From an uncultured Gemmatimonadales bacterium (GTDB lineage Bacteria; Gemmatimonadota; Gemmatimonadetes; Gemmatimonadales; GWC2-71-9): a stretch of 64,000 nucleotides of DNA. Shown piece after piece: positions 1 to 11,984 of the stretch. The position numbers and the translations under genes were made by a program. The DNA is taken from contig CAVVKJ010000010.1 in NCBI GenBank assembly GCA_963748815.1, positions 448,001-512,000 of the forward strand, written 5' to 3'. The stretch's first letter is position 1. Each line of letters starts with the position of its first letter. The notes beneath the pieces were generated by a model. The model made no database searches. It was not told where the DNA came from and saw nothing but the letters and a program-made list of their open reading frames with translations.

Positions 1-1569
1 ACCGCGGTGACCATGGAGGCGATGATGCCCATGATGAGGGTGACCGCGAACCCCTTGACCGGGCCGGTGCCGAACTGGAAGAGGAAGAGCGCCGTGATGA
101 CGGTGCTGACGCTGGAGTCGATGATGGCGCTCATGGCGTGCTGGAACCCCTCGTCGACCGCGAGGCGGACGGTGCGTCCGTGCACCAGCTCCTCGCGGAT
201 CCGCTCGAAGATCAGCACGTTGGCGTCCACCGCGATGCCGATCGACAGCACGAGACCGGCGAGGCCCGGCAGGGTGACCGTCGCGTCGAGCATGGCGAGG
301 CCGCCCAGCGTGAAGAGCAGGTACAGCGCCAGCGCGCCCACCGCCAGCACGCCGCTCAGCCGGTAGTACCCGATCATGATCAGGATGACGACCAGGGTGC
401 CGATGAGGCCGGCGGTGATGCCGCCGCGGATGCTGTCGGCGCCAAGGCTGGCGCCCACCTGGAAACGCTCCACGATCTTCAGCGGCACCGGGAGGGCGCC
501 GGCCTTGAGCGTGAGCGCCAGGTCCTGCGCCTCCACGATGGACTTCCCGCCGCCCATCGTGATCTGGCCGTTCCGGTCGATGCGGCCCTGGATGACCGGC
601 GGCGCGCCCTGGATCCGGCCGTCGAGGACGATGGCCATGTAGTCGCCGATGTGCGCCTGGGTGGCCGCGCCGAACTGCCGGCCGCCGGCGCGGTCGAGCT
701 CGAAGAGCACGACCGGCCCGTTGGTGAGCTGGTCGAACTGCGGCCGAAGCGTCCACCAGGTTCCGCCCGGTGACGATCGGCTTCTCCTCGACGACATAGA
801 AGAACCGGTACGGCTGGACCCCGACGCTGAGCGGTGCGGCGGTCCAGAGGATTTCCACCCCGCGCGGCAGGGTGCGCGCGACCTCGGGGATCCGGAGGAG
901 GCTGTCCACCCGGGGGTAGGCCGCTTCCGGCACGAAGTACTCGCCGGGGACGCCGCTCCCCGCGGCGGAGCCGGGCCGGATCAGGGAGCTCAGCACCCCG
1001 CCGTCGACCGGGGTGGAGTCAGAGGCCGTGGCCGCCGAGTCGCCGCCGAGGAGCGACTGCACCGCACTGGGCGAGGTCTTGCCGGGCGCGGCGGAGATGC
1101 CGAGGCCGCGCAGGGTCCGGTCCATGGCGGGGAGCGCCTTCTCCAGCGCGCTGGTCCGGTCGGTGATCCGGAACTCCAGGAACGCCGCCTTCTGGACGAT
1201 GTCCATGGCGCGCTGCGGGTCCCGGACGCCGGCGAGCTCGACCACGATGCGCTCGTCGCCGACCTTCTGCACCACCGGCTCCTGCACGCCGAATTCGTCG
1301 ACGCGCTTCCGGAGCACGGTGAGGGCGAGGTCGATGTCGCGCGGCACGTCGCTGGAGACCCGGCTCGACTGGTCGAGTTCGAGCCCCAGGTGCATGCCGC
1401 CCTGGAGGTCCAGCCCGAGCTTCAGCGGGATCTTCTTCTCCGTGGTGTCGCGCATGGCGCCGTCGGGCCCGCGCGTGCGGATCGTGACGTCGCGCGGGAA
1501 GAGGCTGTAGACGGAGAGCGCCACGAGGGCGCCGATGATCAGGAGACGGTTTCGGATTGAGGCAGTCAT
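1..1569 (-). CDS. secD: Protein translocase subunit SecD (3' end outside window; apparent +1 frameshift near 748)
   Basis: Manual translation from ATG 1569: MTASIRNRLLIIGALVALSVYSLFP...KLGLDLQGGMHL. Later ALTLKAGALPVPLKIVE..VGASLGADSI and GMAVDANVLIFERIREE. One extra base at GAC GCT (T) CGG CCG CAG TTC. Confidence 0.93.
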   Translation of the reverse strand, partial: MTASIRNRLLIIGALVALSVYSLFPRDVTIRTRGPDGAMRDTTEKKIPLKLGLDLQGGMHLGLELDQSSRVSSDVPRDIDLALTVLRKRVDEFGVQEPVVQKVGDERIVVELAGVRDPQRAMDIVQKAAFLEFRITDRTSALEKALPAMDRTLRGLGISAAPGKTSPSAVQSLLGGDSAATASDSTPVDGGVLSSLIRPGSAAGSGVPGEYFVPEAAYPRVDSLLRIPEVARTLPRGVEILWTAAPLSVGVQPYRFFYVVEEKPIVTGRNLVDASAAVRPAHQRAGRALRARPRRRPAVRRGHPGAHRRLHGHRPRRPDPGRAAGHPGPHRPERPDHDGRREVHRGGAGPGAHAQGRRPPGAAEDRGAFPGGRQPWRRQHPRRHHRRPHRHPGRHPDHDRVLPAERRAGGGRAGAVPALHAGRPRHARRDGHPAGPRRSRAVDRHRGGRQRADLRADPRGAGARTHRPPRGRRGVPARHERHHRLQRQHRHHGALPLPVRHRPGQGVRGHPHHGHHRLHGHRG

Positions 1570-1591
1570 CGTCGCTGGGCCAGCCGTTGAT

Positions 1592-2530
1592 TCAGGTAAA
1601 CAGAGTTCCGGTCGCGGCCGCGGCCAACGCCGCGCGCGCCGAGGAGCGGTCGCGTTCCAGTTGCGTCCGCAGTGCGTCGAGCGAGGGGAAGCGCTGCACA
1701 TCCCGCAGCCGCGCCACCCATTCCACTTTCAGCCATTCGCCGTAGAGGGAGCCTGCGAAATCGAGCAGGTGCACCTCGAGGGACCGCTCCGCCTGCTGGA
1801 ACGTCGGCCGTCCCCCTTGATTCATCATCCCGTCGGCGCGTCCCCCGCGCCATTCGACCCGGACCGCGTAGACGCCGTCCGGCGGCAGCAGCTTCCGGTC
1901 GGGAACGCCGGCCAGGTTGGCGGTCGGAAACCCGATGGGCGTGCCCCGCCCGTCGCCCGGCACCACCTGCCCCGTGGCGAAGTAGCGCCGCCCCAGGAGC
2001 CGGGTCGCGAGCGCCAGGTCGCCGCCCGCCACGGCCCGGCGCACCAGCGTGCTCGACACCGTGTGGCCATCGACCTCCAGCGCCGGCACCACGTCCACCG
2101 CGAACCCGAGCTCCGCGCCCAGCCGGCCCAGCAGTTGGATGTCACCCTGCCGGCCCTGCCCGAAGCCGTGGTCGTGGCCGATCACGAGCTCGCGCATCCC
2201 GCACCCCTCGACCAGGACCTCCCGGACGAACCGTTCGGGGGGCATCGCCGCCAGCGCCCGGTCGAAGTGCAGCAGCACCGCGTAGTCGAGCGCGGTCTGC
2301 GCCAGGATTTCGCGGCGCTCCGGCCCCGTCGTCAGGAGCAGCGGGGCCGCCGACGGATTCACCACCGCCATCGGGTGCGGGTCGAAGGTGACCAGCACGC
2401 TGCGCCGTCCGGCCGCCCGGGCGCGCGCCGCGATCTCCGTCAACACCGCCTCGTGCCCGCGGTGGACGCCGTCGAAGGAGCCGACCGTCACCACCGTCCC
2501 TTCCCGGTGCGGCGGGAGAAAGGTGGTCAC
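1592..2530 (-). CDS. ribF: Bifunctional riboflavin kinase/FAD synthetase
   Basis: GSFDGVHRGH, TFDPHP, VSSTLVR, GFPTAN, LEVHLLDF motifs. GTG start overlaps the truB stop (GTGA). Confidence 0.95.
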   Translation of the reverse strand: MTTFLPPHREGTVVTVGSFDGVHRGHEAVLTEIAARARAAGRRSVLVTFDPHPMAVVNPSAAPLLLTTGPERREILAQTALDYAVLLHFDRALAAMPPERFVREVLVEGCGMRELVIGHDHGFGQGRQGDIQLLGRLGAELGFAVDVVPALEVDGHTVSSTLVRRAVAGGDLALATRLLGRRYFATGQVVPGDGRGTPIGFPTANLAGVPDRKLLPPDGVYAVRVEWRGGRADGMMNQGGRPTFQQAERSLEVHLLDFAGSLYGEWLKVEWVARLRDVQRFPSLDALRTQLERDRSSARAALAAAATGTLFT

Positions 2531-3375
2531 GGCGTCGCGAGCACGACCGTCGGCCTGATCCACTCCCCATCCCCTTCCGCTACGGCAATCACGTCGCTCT
2601 CATCCGCCAGCACGACCGTCCCGGCCGTCACCCCGCGCACGGGGCGCCCGTGCCCGATGTCGACCCGCCCGGCCTCGTCGAGGAGGACCCGCGGCAGGTG
2701 GCTCAACACCGCCCCCAGCGGCCAGGGCCGGGTCGTCGGGGCCAGCTCCTCCAGCGGGAGGGCGTCCTCCACCCGCAGGCTGCCGATCGACTCGCGGCGC
2801 AGCGCGATGAGGTGGGCGCCCACCGAAAGCGCCTCCCCGAGGTCCCGCGCGATGGCCCGGATGTAGGTCCCGGTGCTCACCGTGACCCGGAAGGTCACGT
2901 CGGCCCCGTCGACCGCCAGGAGGTCCGCCGCGTAGACCGTGACCGCCGCCGGCGCGAGTGCCACCACCTCGCCACGCCTGGCCCGCGCGTAGGCTCGTTC
3001 GCCGTGCTGCTTCTTGGCCGAATACGCCGGGGGCGTCTGCGCCTGCACGCCGAGGAAGCCGCGCAACGCCTCGGCGATGCGGTCGCGCCCGGGGAGCGCT
3101 TCCTCGAACGCCGCGCCGACCGGTTCTCCGGTCAGGTCGTCGGTCGCGGTCCGTTGTCCGAGCCGCGCCGTGGCCAGGTACGTCTTGGCCAGTCCGTCGA
3201 GGAACCGGGCCACGCGCGTCCCCTTCCCGAGCAGCAGCACCAGGAGGCCGGTCGCGAACGGATCCAGCGTGCCGGTGTGGCCGATCGACCGCTCGCCGAG
3301 GATTCGCCGCGCCCGGGCCACGACGTCGTGCGACGTGGCGCCCGCCGGCTTGTCCACCAGGAGCGCCCCGGTCAG
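2527..3375 (-). CDS. truB: tRNA pseudouridine(55) synthase TruB
   Basis: LVDKPAGATSHDVV, GHTGTLDPFATGLL, VSTGTYIRAIARDLG. Start probably CTG at 3375 overlapping the rbfA stop; alternative is GTG 3357. Confidence 0.93.
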   Translation of the reverse strand: MTGALLVDKPAGATSHDVVARARRILGERSIGHTGTLDPFATGLLVLLLGKGTRVARFLDGLAKTYLATARLGQRTATDDLTGEPVGAAFEEALPGRDRIAEALRGFLGVQAQTPPAYSAKKQHGERAYARARRGEVVALAPAAVTVYAADLLAVDGADVTFRVTVSTGTYIRAIARDLGEALSVGAHLIALRRESIGSLRVEDALPLEELAPTTRPWPLGAVLSHLPRVLLDEAGRVDIGHGRPVRGVTAGTVVLADESDVIAVAEGDGEWIRPTVVLATP

Positions 3376-3731
3376 TCCGGGTCCTCCTGCTTGAGCGACG
3401 CCAGCACCTCGTTGATGCGCGCGGCGTGTTCCAGCCCGCGATCGAGCTCGAAGTGCAGCTCCGGCACGGTGCGCGTGGTGAGCGCCTTCGCGACCTTGGT
3501 CCGCAGGAACCCGGAGGCGCTGCGCAGCCCCTCGAGCGCGCGAAGCTTCGCGTCCTCGTCGCCCTGCACACTGACCCGGATCTTCGCGTGCGAGAGGTCC
3601 GGGGTCACCGTCACCGCCGTGAGCGTCACGAACCCGACGCGGGGGTCGCGGATTTCCCTGGTGAGGGCATCCGCCACCACTTGCCGGAGGTTCTCGGCCA
3701 CCTGTTCCGGACGGCGCGACGACCCTTTCAT
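3372..3731 (-). CDS. rbfA: Ribosome-binding factor A
   Basis: IRDPRVGFVTLTAVTVTPDLSHAKI, PELHFELD. Canonical position after infB. Confidence 0.95.
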   Translation of the reverse strand: MKGSSRRPEQVAENLRQVVADALTREIRDPRVGFVTLTAVTVTPDLSHAKIRVSVQGDEDAKLRALEGLRSASGFLRTKVAKALTTRTVPELHFELDRGLEHAARINEVLASLKQEDPD

Positions 3732-3734
3732 CGG

Positions 3735-6473
<2,739 letters not shown>

Positions 6474-6791
6474 TCATTCCTCCTCAGGGACTTCCCGCGC
6501 CAGGCGGCCCAAACCGTCGGCCAACGCGCGGTCCCGCACACCGGCCACCATCACAGGGGGCCGTCCCAACTGCCTGCCAATCACGTCGGCACTCGGCCCC
6601 GGCACGAGGGGAACGCCCTGCGCCTCGGCCAGCCGGATCACCTTGTCCACCGCGCGAGGGCTCGCGTCCGACGCGACCACCACGCACTTCACCTGCCCCG
6701 ACTGGATCGACCGCCGCACCCCGTCCACGCCGATGACGACGTGCCCCGCCCGCAGGCCGAGGCCGAGCAGGCCGAGCACCCCGCCACTCAC
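6474..6791 (-). CDS. L7Ae/L30e-family RNA-binding protein (YlxQ-like)
   Basis: LGLLGLGLRAGHVVIG...VVVASDAS. Lies between nusA and infB. Confidence 0.85.
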   Translation of the reverse strand: MSGGVLGLLGLGLRAGHVVIGVDGVRRSIQSGQVKCVVVASDASPRAVDKVIRLAEAQGVPLVPGPSADVIGRQLGRPPVMVAGVRDRALADGLGRLAREVPEEE

Positions 6792-8116
6792 GCGGAGGGC
6801 GCCGCGTCCTCCCCTGCCTCGCTCTCGTCCGTCGTGAGCTCGGTCAGGAAGCCGACCAGCTGGTCCGCCGCCTCCGGCGTCATGCCGGGGACGCGGAGGA
6901 AATCATCGCGCTCGAGGTCGAGCACGTCGTTGAGCATCGTGAAACCGGCGTTCGCCAGCAGCCCGACCAGTTCCGGGGCCAGCCCCTCGAGCTCGGTGAG
7001 CGGCACCTGCAGGGCGATCTCCTCCTCGGGCGGCAGCGGCGCGAAGAGGGGGCTCTCGCCGCCCCGCTCCAGCCACTCGCGGCTCGAGTAGAGGTCGATC
7101 TTCCAGCCGGTGAGCTCCGAGGCGAGCCGGACATTCTGCCCGTTGCGCCCGATGGCGAGCGACAGCTGGTCTTCGTCCACGACGGCGTTGATCGTCTTGG
7201 CGGCGGGGTCGGCGATGACCCGGGCGACGCGGGCCGGGGCCAGCGCCTGCTTGGCGAAGCGCTCCGGATCGGGCGACCACGGCACGATGTCGATGCGTTC
7301 GCCGCTCAGTTCATTCACGACGGCCTGCACCCGCGAGCCCTTGAGGCCCACGCAGGCGCCGACGGCGTCGATGGCGTCGTCGCGGGAAATGACGGCCACC
7401 TTGGTCCGGCTGCCGACTTCGCGCGCGATGGCGCGGATCTCGATGATGCCCTGCTGGATTTCCGGCACCTCGAGCTTGAAGAGCGCCTTGACGAACAGCC
7501 CGTCGGCGCGGCTCAGGATGAGCCGGGGGCCCTTCGGGGTCTCCTCGAGGCGCTTGAGCACCGCGCGGATCGTGTCGCCCTGGTGGAAGTGCTCCCGGTG
7601 GTTCTGCTCGCGGTAGGGGATGATCGCCTCCGCCTCGCGGAACTTGTTGAGCATGATGACGAGCTTGCCGCGCTCGATCTGCTGGATTTCGCCGGAGAGG
7701 AGCTCGCCGACCTTGTCCTCGAACTCGTCGCGAATCCTGGCCCGCTCGCCTTCGCGCACCCGCTGGATGATCCGCTGCTTGGCCGCCTGCACCGCCAGCC
7801 GGCCGAAGGCCGCGAAGGGGATGTCCTCTTCCAGCATGTCGCCCGGCTCGAACTCGGGGTCCTCGAAGCGGGCCTCCTCCACCGACACCTGGCTGGCGGG
7901 GTCTTCCACCAGCTCGACGACCTGGCGCAGCCGGGTCACGGTGAGGCCACCCTTGAGTTCGTCCACGGCCAGCTCGAAGCGGACCGTCGGCCCGTATTTC
8001 CGGACCAGCGCCGCCTGGATGCCGTCGTGCAGGAGATCGAGCAGTTCCGCCCGGTCGAGCTGCTTGGTGGTGGTGAGCTCGCGGAACGCCGCGAGCATTT
8101 CAGTCGAAGTTGCCAT
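6788..8116 (-). CDS. nusA: Transcription termination/antitermination factor NusA
   Basis: FGRLAVQAAKQRIIQRVRE, S1/KH motifs AREVGSRTKVAV, GACVGLKGSRV, AIGRNGQNVRLASELTGW. Confidence 0.97.
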   Translation of the reverse strand: MATSTEMLAAFRELTTTKQLDRAELLDLLHDGIQAALVRKYGPTVRFELAVDELKGGLTVTRLRQVVELVEDPASQVSVEEARFEDPEFEPGDMLEEDIPFAAFGRLAVQAAKQRIIQRVREGERARIRDEFEDKVGELLSGEIQQIERGKLVIMLNKFREAEAIIPYREQNHREHFHQGDTIRAVLKRLEETPKGPRLILSRADGLFVKALFKLEVPEIQQGIIEIRAIAREVGSRTKVAVISRDDAIDAVGACVGLKGSRVQAVVNELSGERIDIVPWSPDPERFAKQALAPARVARVIADPAAKTINAVVDEDQLSLAIGRNGQNVRLASELTGWKIDLYSSREWLERGGESPLFAPLPPEEEIALQVPLTELEGLAPELVGLLANAGFTMLNDVLDLERDDFLRVPGMTPEAADQLVGFLTELTTDESEAGEDAAPSA

Positions 8117-8305
8117 CGTTACTCCATGCCGGTGTCACCGGTCAACCCCGTCGATCGGGGAATACAGATATCGAATGCACACAATTGCGGCCGCACCCGC
8201 CCGGCTCCCCCGCGGGACGACGAGTCGTCCGGCGGACGGAAACCGGCACCCGGGCCCGGCTGACGTCAGCATCGGGTATGGGGTCGGAAGTCGCGTCGCG
8301 GGGTG

Positions 8306-8334
8306 AAAAAAAATGTGGGGGAACTCCCCCACAT
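8306..8334 (-). terminator. Intrinsic terminator/attenuator in the nusA operon leader (rimP-leader type)
   Basis: Minus strand ATGTGGGGG-AGTT-CCCCCACAT followed by a T run, about 40 nt downstream of the predicted promoter. Confidence 0.75.
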
Positions 8335-8373
8335 CAACAGCCGGCCCCGGACTGGCGGCCCCCACAGCATCAA

Positions 8374-8402
8374 AAGATACCCCGTGGACCCCGGGGCGTC
8401 AA
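8374..8402 (-). promoter_or_regulatory. Sigma70-type promoter of the nusA operon
   Basis: TTGACG-N17-TATCTT on the minus strand. Confidence 0.7.
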
Positions 8403-8407
8403 TCACC

Positions 8408-9181
8408 TCATGGAGTTGCGAGGGGACGACCCAGGTACGCGATCATCCGCCCGTCCGCGCCCAGCGACCGACGGTGGCTGTGGAAGAGCCCGGCATCGTG
8501 CCCGCTGCAGTGCGGCGAGACGCTGATGTGCCCGACACCCAATTCCATCGCCTGGCGCACCAGCTGCTCCCGCACATCCAATGGCCCCTTCCCTCCGCTT
8601 GGAATCGGAAGCCCGAACGCCTCAAAGACCTCAGAACCTACTTCATAGCATGGGCCACAAATGCCCACCCCGCAGTGCATTACCATGTTTTCAACAAGCG
8701 TCCCATCCCGTCCCTGCAGGAGGCGAACGCCCCGCTCCAGAATTCGGCCGCTGGCACCTCGCCACCCGGCGTGGAGGAGAGCCATCGCACCATTCACCGG
8801 ATCGAGCAGGTAGACCGGGGTGCAGTCGGCCACCGTAACGGTCAGCAGGATGCCGCTGGCGTCCGTCGCGTGGCCGTCCACCCCGTCGAGGAGGAGCCAG
8901 CCCCGACCTCCCTCGTGCCACGCCACCTCGGTGCCGTGGACCTGCCGGCCGAGGGTCACGAGCGGAAATCCCGGCTCGGCGCTCCTGAAGAGGGCCCATT
9001 GCCCCAGCACCCGGCCCACCGGGACATTGCTGGCCAGGCCGAGATCCAGCGGCTCCGCTGACGTGCCACGAGTCGTGACACCCGCCACGACGCCGAAACG
9101 GTCCCGCCAGCCGGGAATTTCCATCCGGGGGACCGGCGCGCCGCGATAGACCTCTTCCCTGACGTTTGCGACCTGGCTCAC
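8408..9181 (-). CDS. pgeF: YfiH/PgeF polyphenol-oxidase (laccase-domain) family protein
   Basis: QVHG, DGHAT, TVADCTPVYL, LHAGWRG, GICGPCYEVG, SHRR motifs. Confidence 0.85.
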   Translation of the reverse strand: MSQVANVREEVYRGAPVPRMEIPGWRDRFGVVAGVTTRGTSAEPLDLGLASNVPVGRVLGQWALFRSAEPGFPLVTLGRQVHGTEVAWHEGGRGWLLLDGVDGHATDASGILLTVTVADCTPVYLLDPVNGAMALLHAGWRGASGRILERGVRLLQGRDGTLVENMVMHCGVGICGPCYEVGSEVFEAFGLPIPSGGKGPLDVREQLVRQAMELGVGHISVSPHCSGHDAGLFHSHRRSLGADGRMIAYLGRPLATP

Positions 9182-9200
9182 GGCGCCAATCCAGATGAAG

Positions 9201-9216
9201 TGTGAAACTGGTCACG
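9201..9216. promoter_or_regulatory. CRP/FNR-family operator-like box
   Basis: TGTGA-AACTGG-TCACG, 9/10 match to TGTGA-N6-TCACA, in a divergent intergenic region. Confidence 0.45.
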
Positions 9217-9311
9217 CAGGGAGATTGCGCCGGAGTGCGGTCCCCCCGATTATTGGCCCCCGCGGGACGCCGCCGGCGACCTGCACTTCCCCACCCACCG
9301 GAGATGCCACG

Positions 9312-10076
9312 ATGTTCCGCCCGAAACTGATTCGCAGCGCCTGCCTGGCGGTCGTTCTCGCCTCAGGCACCCTCGGCAGCGTGCAGGCCCAGGACGCGAA
9401 GTGGGAGAATACCTTCACCCTGTACGGCTGGGCCGCCGCCATGTCCGGCACAGCCGGCGTGAACGCCGTCACCGCCACCGTGGACGTCCCCTTCAGCGAA
9501 ATCCTCGACAACCTGAAGATGGGGGCGATGCTCAATTATACCGGCCGCGGCGCGGAGTGGGTGACCGGCGCCGATTTCGTCTACATGAAGCTCGGATCCG
9601 ACATCGCCGCCCCCAACACCGGCAACACCCTGGCCGACGTCCGGCTGAAGCAGTGGCTCTTCGAGGTGAACGGCGGCTACCGGGTGACGCCCTGGATGGA
9701 CGCGCTCATCGGCGTCCGGGTCCCGGTGATCGAGGGCCAGATCACCCCTGACCGCGACGATCCCCTGCTCTCCGAGCGCAGCTCGAGCGAGAGCTGGTTC
9801 GCCCCGATCATCGGCGCGCGCATCGTGCTGCCGGTCTCGAAGCACCTGACCGTCATCGGCCGCGGCGACCTCGGCGGGTTCGGCATCGGCGGCACCAACA
9901 ACACCTGGCAGGGTGCCGGGTACCTGAACTATGGATTCGGAAAGGGGTGGTCGGCCACGCTCGGATACCGGGCCATCAGCGCCGACTACGCCACCGGCAC
10001 GCCGGGGGAAGAGGGCTATTTCCTGTACGACGTGACCAGCTACGGCGGCCTGCTGGGCGTGGCGTACACGTTCTAG
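9312..10076 (+). CDS. Outer-membrane beta-barrel protein
   Basis: Signal peptide ending VQAQ, amphipathic strands, C-terminal GLLGVAYTF (BAM-type terminal Phe). Confidence 0.8.
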   Translation: MFRPKLIRSACLAVVLASGTLGSVQAQDAKWENTFTLYGWAAAMSGTAGVNAVTATVDVPFSEILDNLKMGAMLNYTGRGAEWVTGADFVYMKLGSDIAAPNTGNTLADVRLKQWLFEVNGGYRVTPWMDALIGVRVPVIEGQITPDRDDPLLSERSSSESWFAPIIGARIVLPVSKHLTVIGRGDLGGFGIGGTNNTWQGAGYLNYGFGKGWSATLGYRAISADYATGTPGEEGYFLYDVTSYGGLLGVAYTF

Positions 10077-10097
10077 GAGAGGGTGCCCTTCAAGGCA

Positions 10098-10125
10098 GCG
10101 GGCCCGTCCAGGCGGATGGGCCCGC
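10098..10125. terminator. Hairpin between convergent genes (probable bidirectional terminator)
   Basis: GCGGGCCCGTCC-AGGC-GGATGGGCCCGC; no clear U tract. Confidence 0.5.
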
Positions 10126-10137
10126 GGTCGTTGCCCC

Positions 10138-11421
10138 CTACTCCTCGAACCGCTCGATGTCGGCGCCGAGGGCGCGGAGACGGCTGTCGATCTGTTCGTA
10201 CCCCCGCTCGATCTGCCCGACGTTGTGCAAGTGGGTTGTGCCCTCTGCCGCCAGCGCCGCGATCAGCATCGCCATGCCGGCCCGGATGTCGGGCGACTCG
10301 ACGGTGCTTCCCCGCAGCTTGACCGGTCCCGCCACCACCGCGCGGTGCGGGTCGCACAGCACGATCCGCGCGCCCATCCCGATCAGCTTGTCCACGAAGA
10401 ACATCCGCGACTCGAACATCTTCTCGAAGACCAGCAGGAGCCCCTCGCACTGGGTCGCCGCGACCAGCGCGATCGACATCGTGTCGGCGGGAAAGGCGGG
10501 CCACGGTCCGTCCTCGAGCTTGGGCACGTGCCCGCCGAGGTCGGGGCGGATCCGGCGTTCCTGGTCGGCGTCGATGATCAGCTTCTGCCCGTCGAGGCGG
10601 GGCCGGATGCCGAGGCGCTCGAACCCGAGGAGGGTGCCGCGGAGGTCGTCGCCGCGGACGCCGTCGATGGTCAGGGCGCTGTTGGTGACGGCGGCGAGGC
10701 CGATGAAGCTCCCGATCTCGATATGGTCGGGGCCGATGGTGTAGGAGGCGCCGTGGAGCGGATGGCCCCCCTCGATGACGTAGGTGTTGGAGCCGATCCC
10801 CTCGATGTGGGCGCCCATCGCGACGAGGAGCCGGGCGAGGTCCTGGACGTGGGGCTCGGAGGCGGCGTTCCGGAGCACCGTTCGCCCCTGGGCCTTCACG
10901 GCGGCCATGAGCGCGTTCTCGGTGCCGGTGACGCTCGGCTCGTCGAGAAAGATGTCGGCGCCCTTCAGGGACTTGCCGAAGAGCTCATAGTTGTCGCCGA
11001 GCTGCACCTCCGCGCCCAGGGCCTCGAGGGCGAGGAAGTGGGTGTCGACCCGGCGCCGACCGATCACGTCGCCCCCGGGTGGCGGCAGCGTCACCCGTCC
11101 GAACCGGGCCAGCAGCGGGCCGGCCAGGAGGATCGAAGCCCGGATCCGGGCGCAGAGCCGGGGATCGAGCGGCTTGTTCTCGATGGTCCGGGGGTCGATC
11201 CGGACATGGTTCGTGTCGATCCACTCGATGCCCGCCCCCATCTCGGCGAGGATGGCGAGCATCGTCTCCACGTCGCGGATCCGCGGCATGTTGTCGAGTT
11301 CGACCGGCCCCTCAGCGAGGACCGCGGCGGCGATGGCGGGGAGCGCGGCGTTCTTGTTGCCGGCGGGGCGCAGGGTGCCGCGGAGCGTGGAACCGCCGCG
11401 GACGAGATAGCGTGGGGGCAT
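10138..11421 (-). CDS. murA: UDP-N-acetylglucosamine 1-carboxyvinyltransferase (Asp at the catalytic Cys position)
   Basis: GNKNAALP, RASILLAGPLLARFG, PPGGDVIGRRRVDTH, SVTGTEN, PDIRAG, IERGYE. Confidence 0.95.
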   Translation of the reverse strand: MPPRYLVRGGSTLRGTLRPAGNKNAALPAIAAAVLAEGPVELDNMPRIRDVETMLAILAEMGAGIEWIDTNHVRIDPRTIENKPLDPRLCARIRASILLAGPLLARFGRVTLPPPGGDVIGRRRVDTHFLALEALGAEVQLGDNYELFGKSLKGADIFLDEPSVTGTENALMAAVKAQGRTVLRNAASEPHVQDLARLLVAMGAHIEGIGSNTYVIEGGHPLHGASYTIGPDHIEIGSFIGLAAVTNSALTIDGVRGDDLRGTLLGFERLGIRPRLDGQKLIIDADQERRIRPDLGGHVPKLEDGPWPAFPADTMSIALVAATQCEGLLLVFEKMFESRMFFVDKLIGMGARIVLCDPHRAVVAGPVKLRGSTVESPDIRAGMAMLIAALAAEGTTHLHNVGQIERGYEQIDSRLRALGADIERFEE

Positions 11422-11501
11422 GGCCAAACCTCGCCCGGAGTGGCGGGGGCCGTCAAGCGCGAGGGATTCCGAATGGCCCCCGGTGAGGCCATACTTCGAG
11501 C

Positions 11502-11984
11502 GTGACTATGCTCCTGCTGCTTCAGGGCGCCCCGGCGCCGATGGCGGGCTGGGTCGGCCCGACCATCGCGATTTCGGTCGCAATCCTGGCCTTCGCGTGG
11601 ATCGTGGTGTTCGCGTCCGCCGCCGTCGCGGCCATCGCCCTCGCCCGGCGCCTCGACGCCATGTCCGACAACCTCAGCGGCCTGCGCCAGGACCTGGGCG
11701 GCATGGTCGAGGGCGCCCGGCGGGTCACCGAACAGGGCGAGGCGATCATCGGCCTGGTCCGGGACGAGGGTGAGGCGTACCTCGCGACCAGCCGCCGTTT
11801 CCGCACCCGGCTCAACCACGGCATTGACCGCTTCTCGGAGCGCGCGGCCGACCTCGACGCCCTCTACGAAGTCGTGCAGGAGGAGGTCGAGGACACGGCG
11901 CTCCAGTTTGCGAGCGCCCTCCGCACCGCCCGGCTCAGCACCGGCATCATCGCCAAGGTGTTGCGGCGCCGGCGGCGGCGATGA
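11502..11984 (+). CDS. Membrane-anchored coiled-coil protein (DUF948/YoxC-like)
   Basis: N-terminal hydrophobic helix followed by a helical region; stop overlaps the next gene (ATGA). Confidence 0.6.
   Translation: MTMLLLLQGAPAPMAGWVGPTIAISVAILAFAWIVVFASAAVAAIALARRLDAMSDNLSGLRQDLGGMVEGARRVTEQGEAIIGLVRDEGEAYLATSRRFRTRLNHGIDRFSERAADLDALYEVVQEEVEDTALQFASALRTARLSTGIIAKVLRRRRRR

Noticed and set aside
8135..8365. 76-aa ORF in the usual rimP position
   Set aside because: No RimP similarity, it runs through the terminator, and its composition is atypical.
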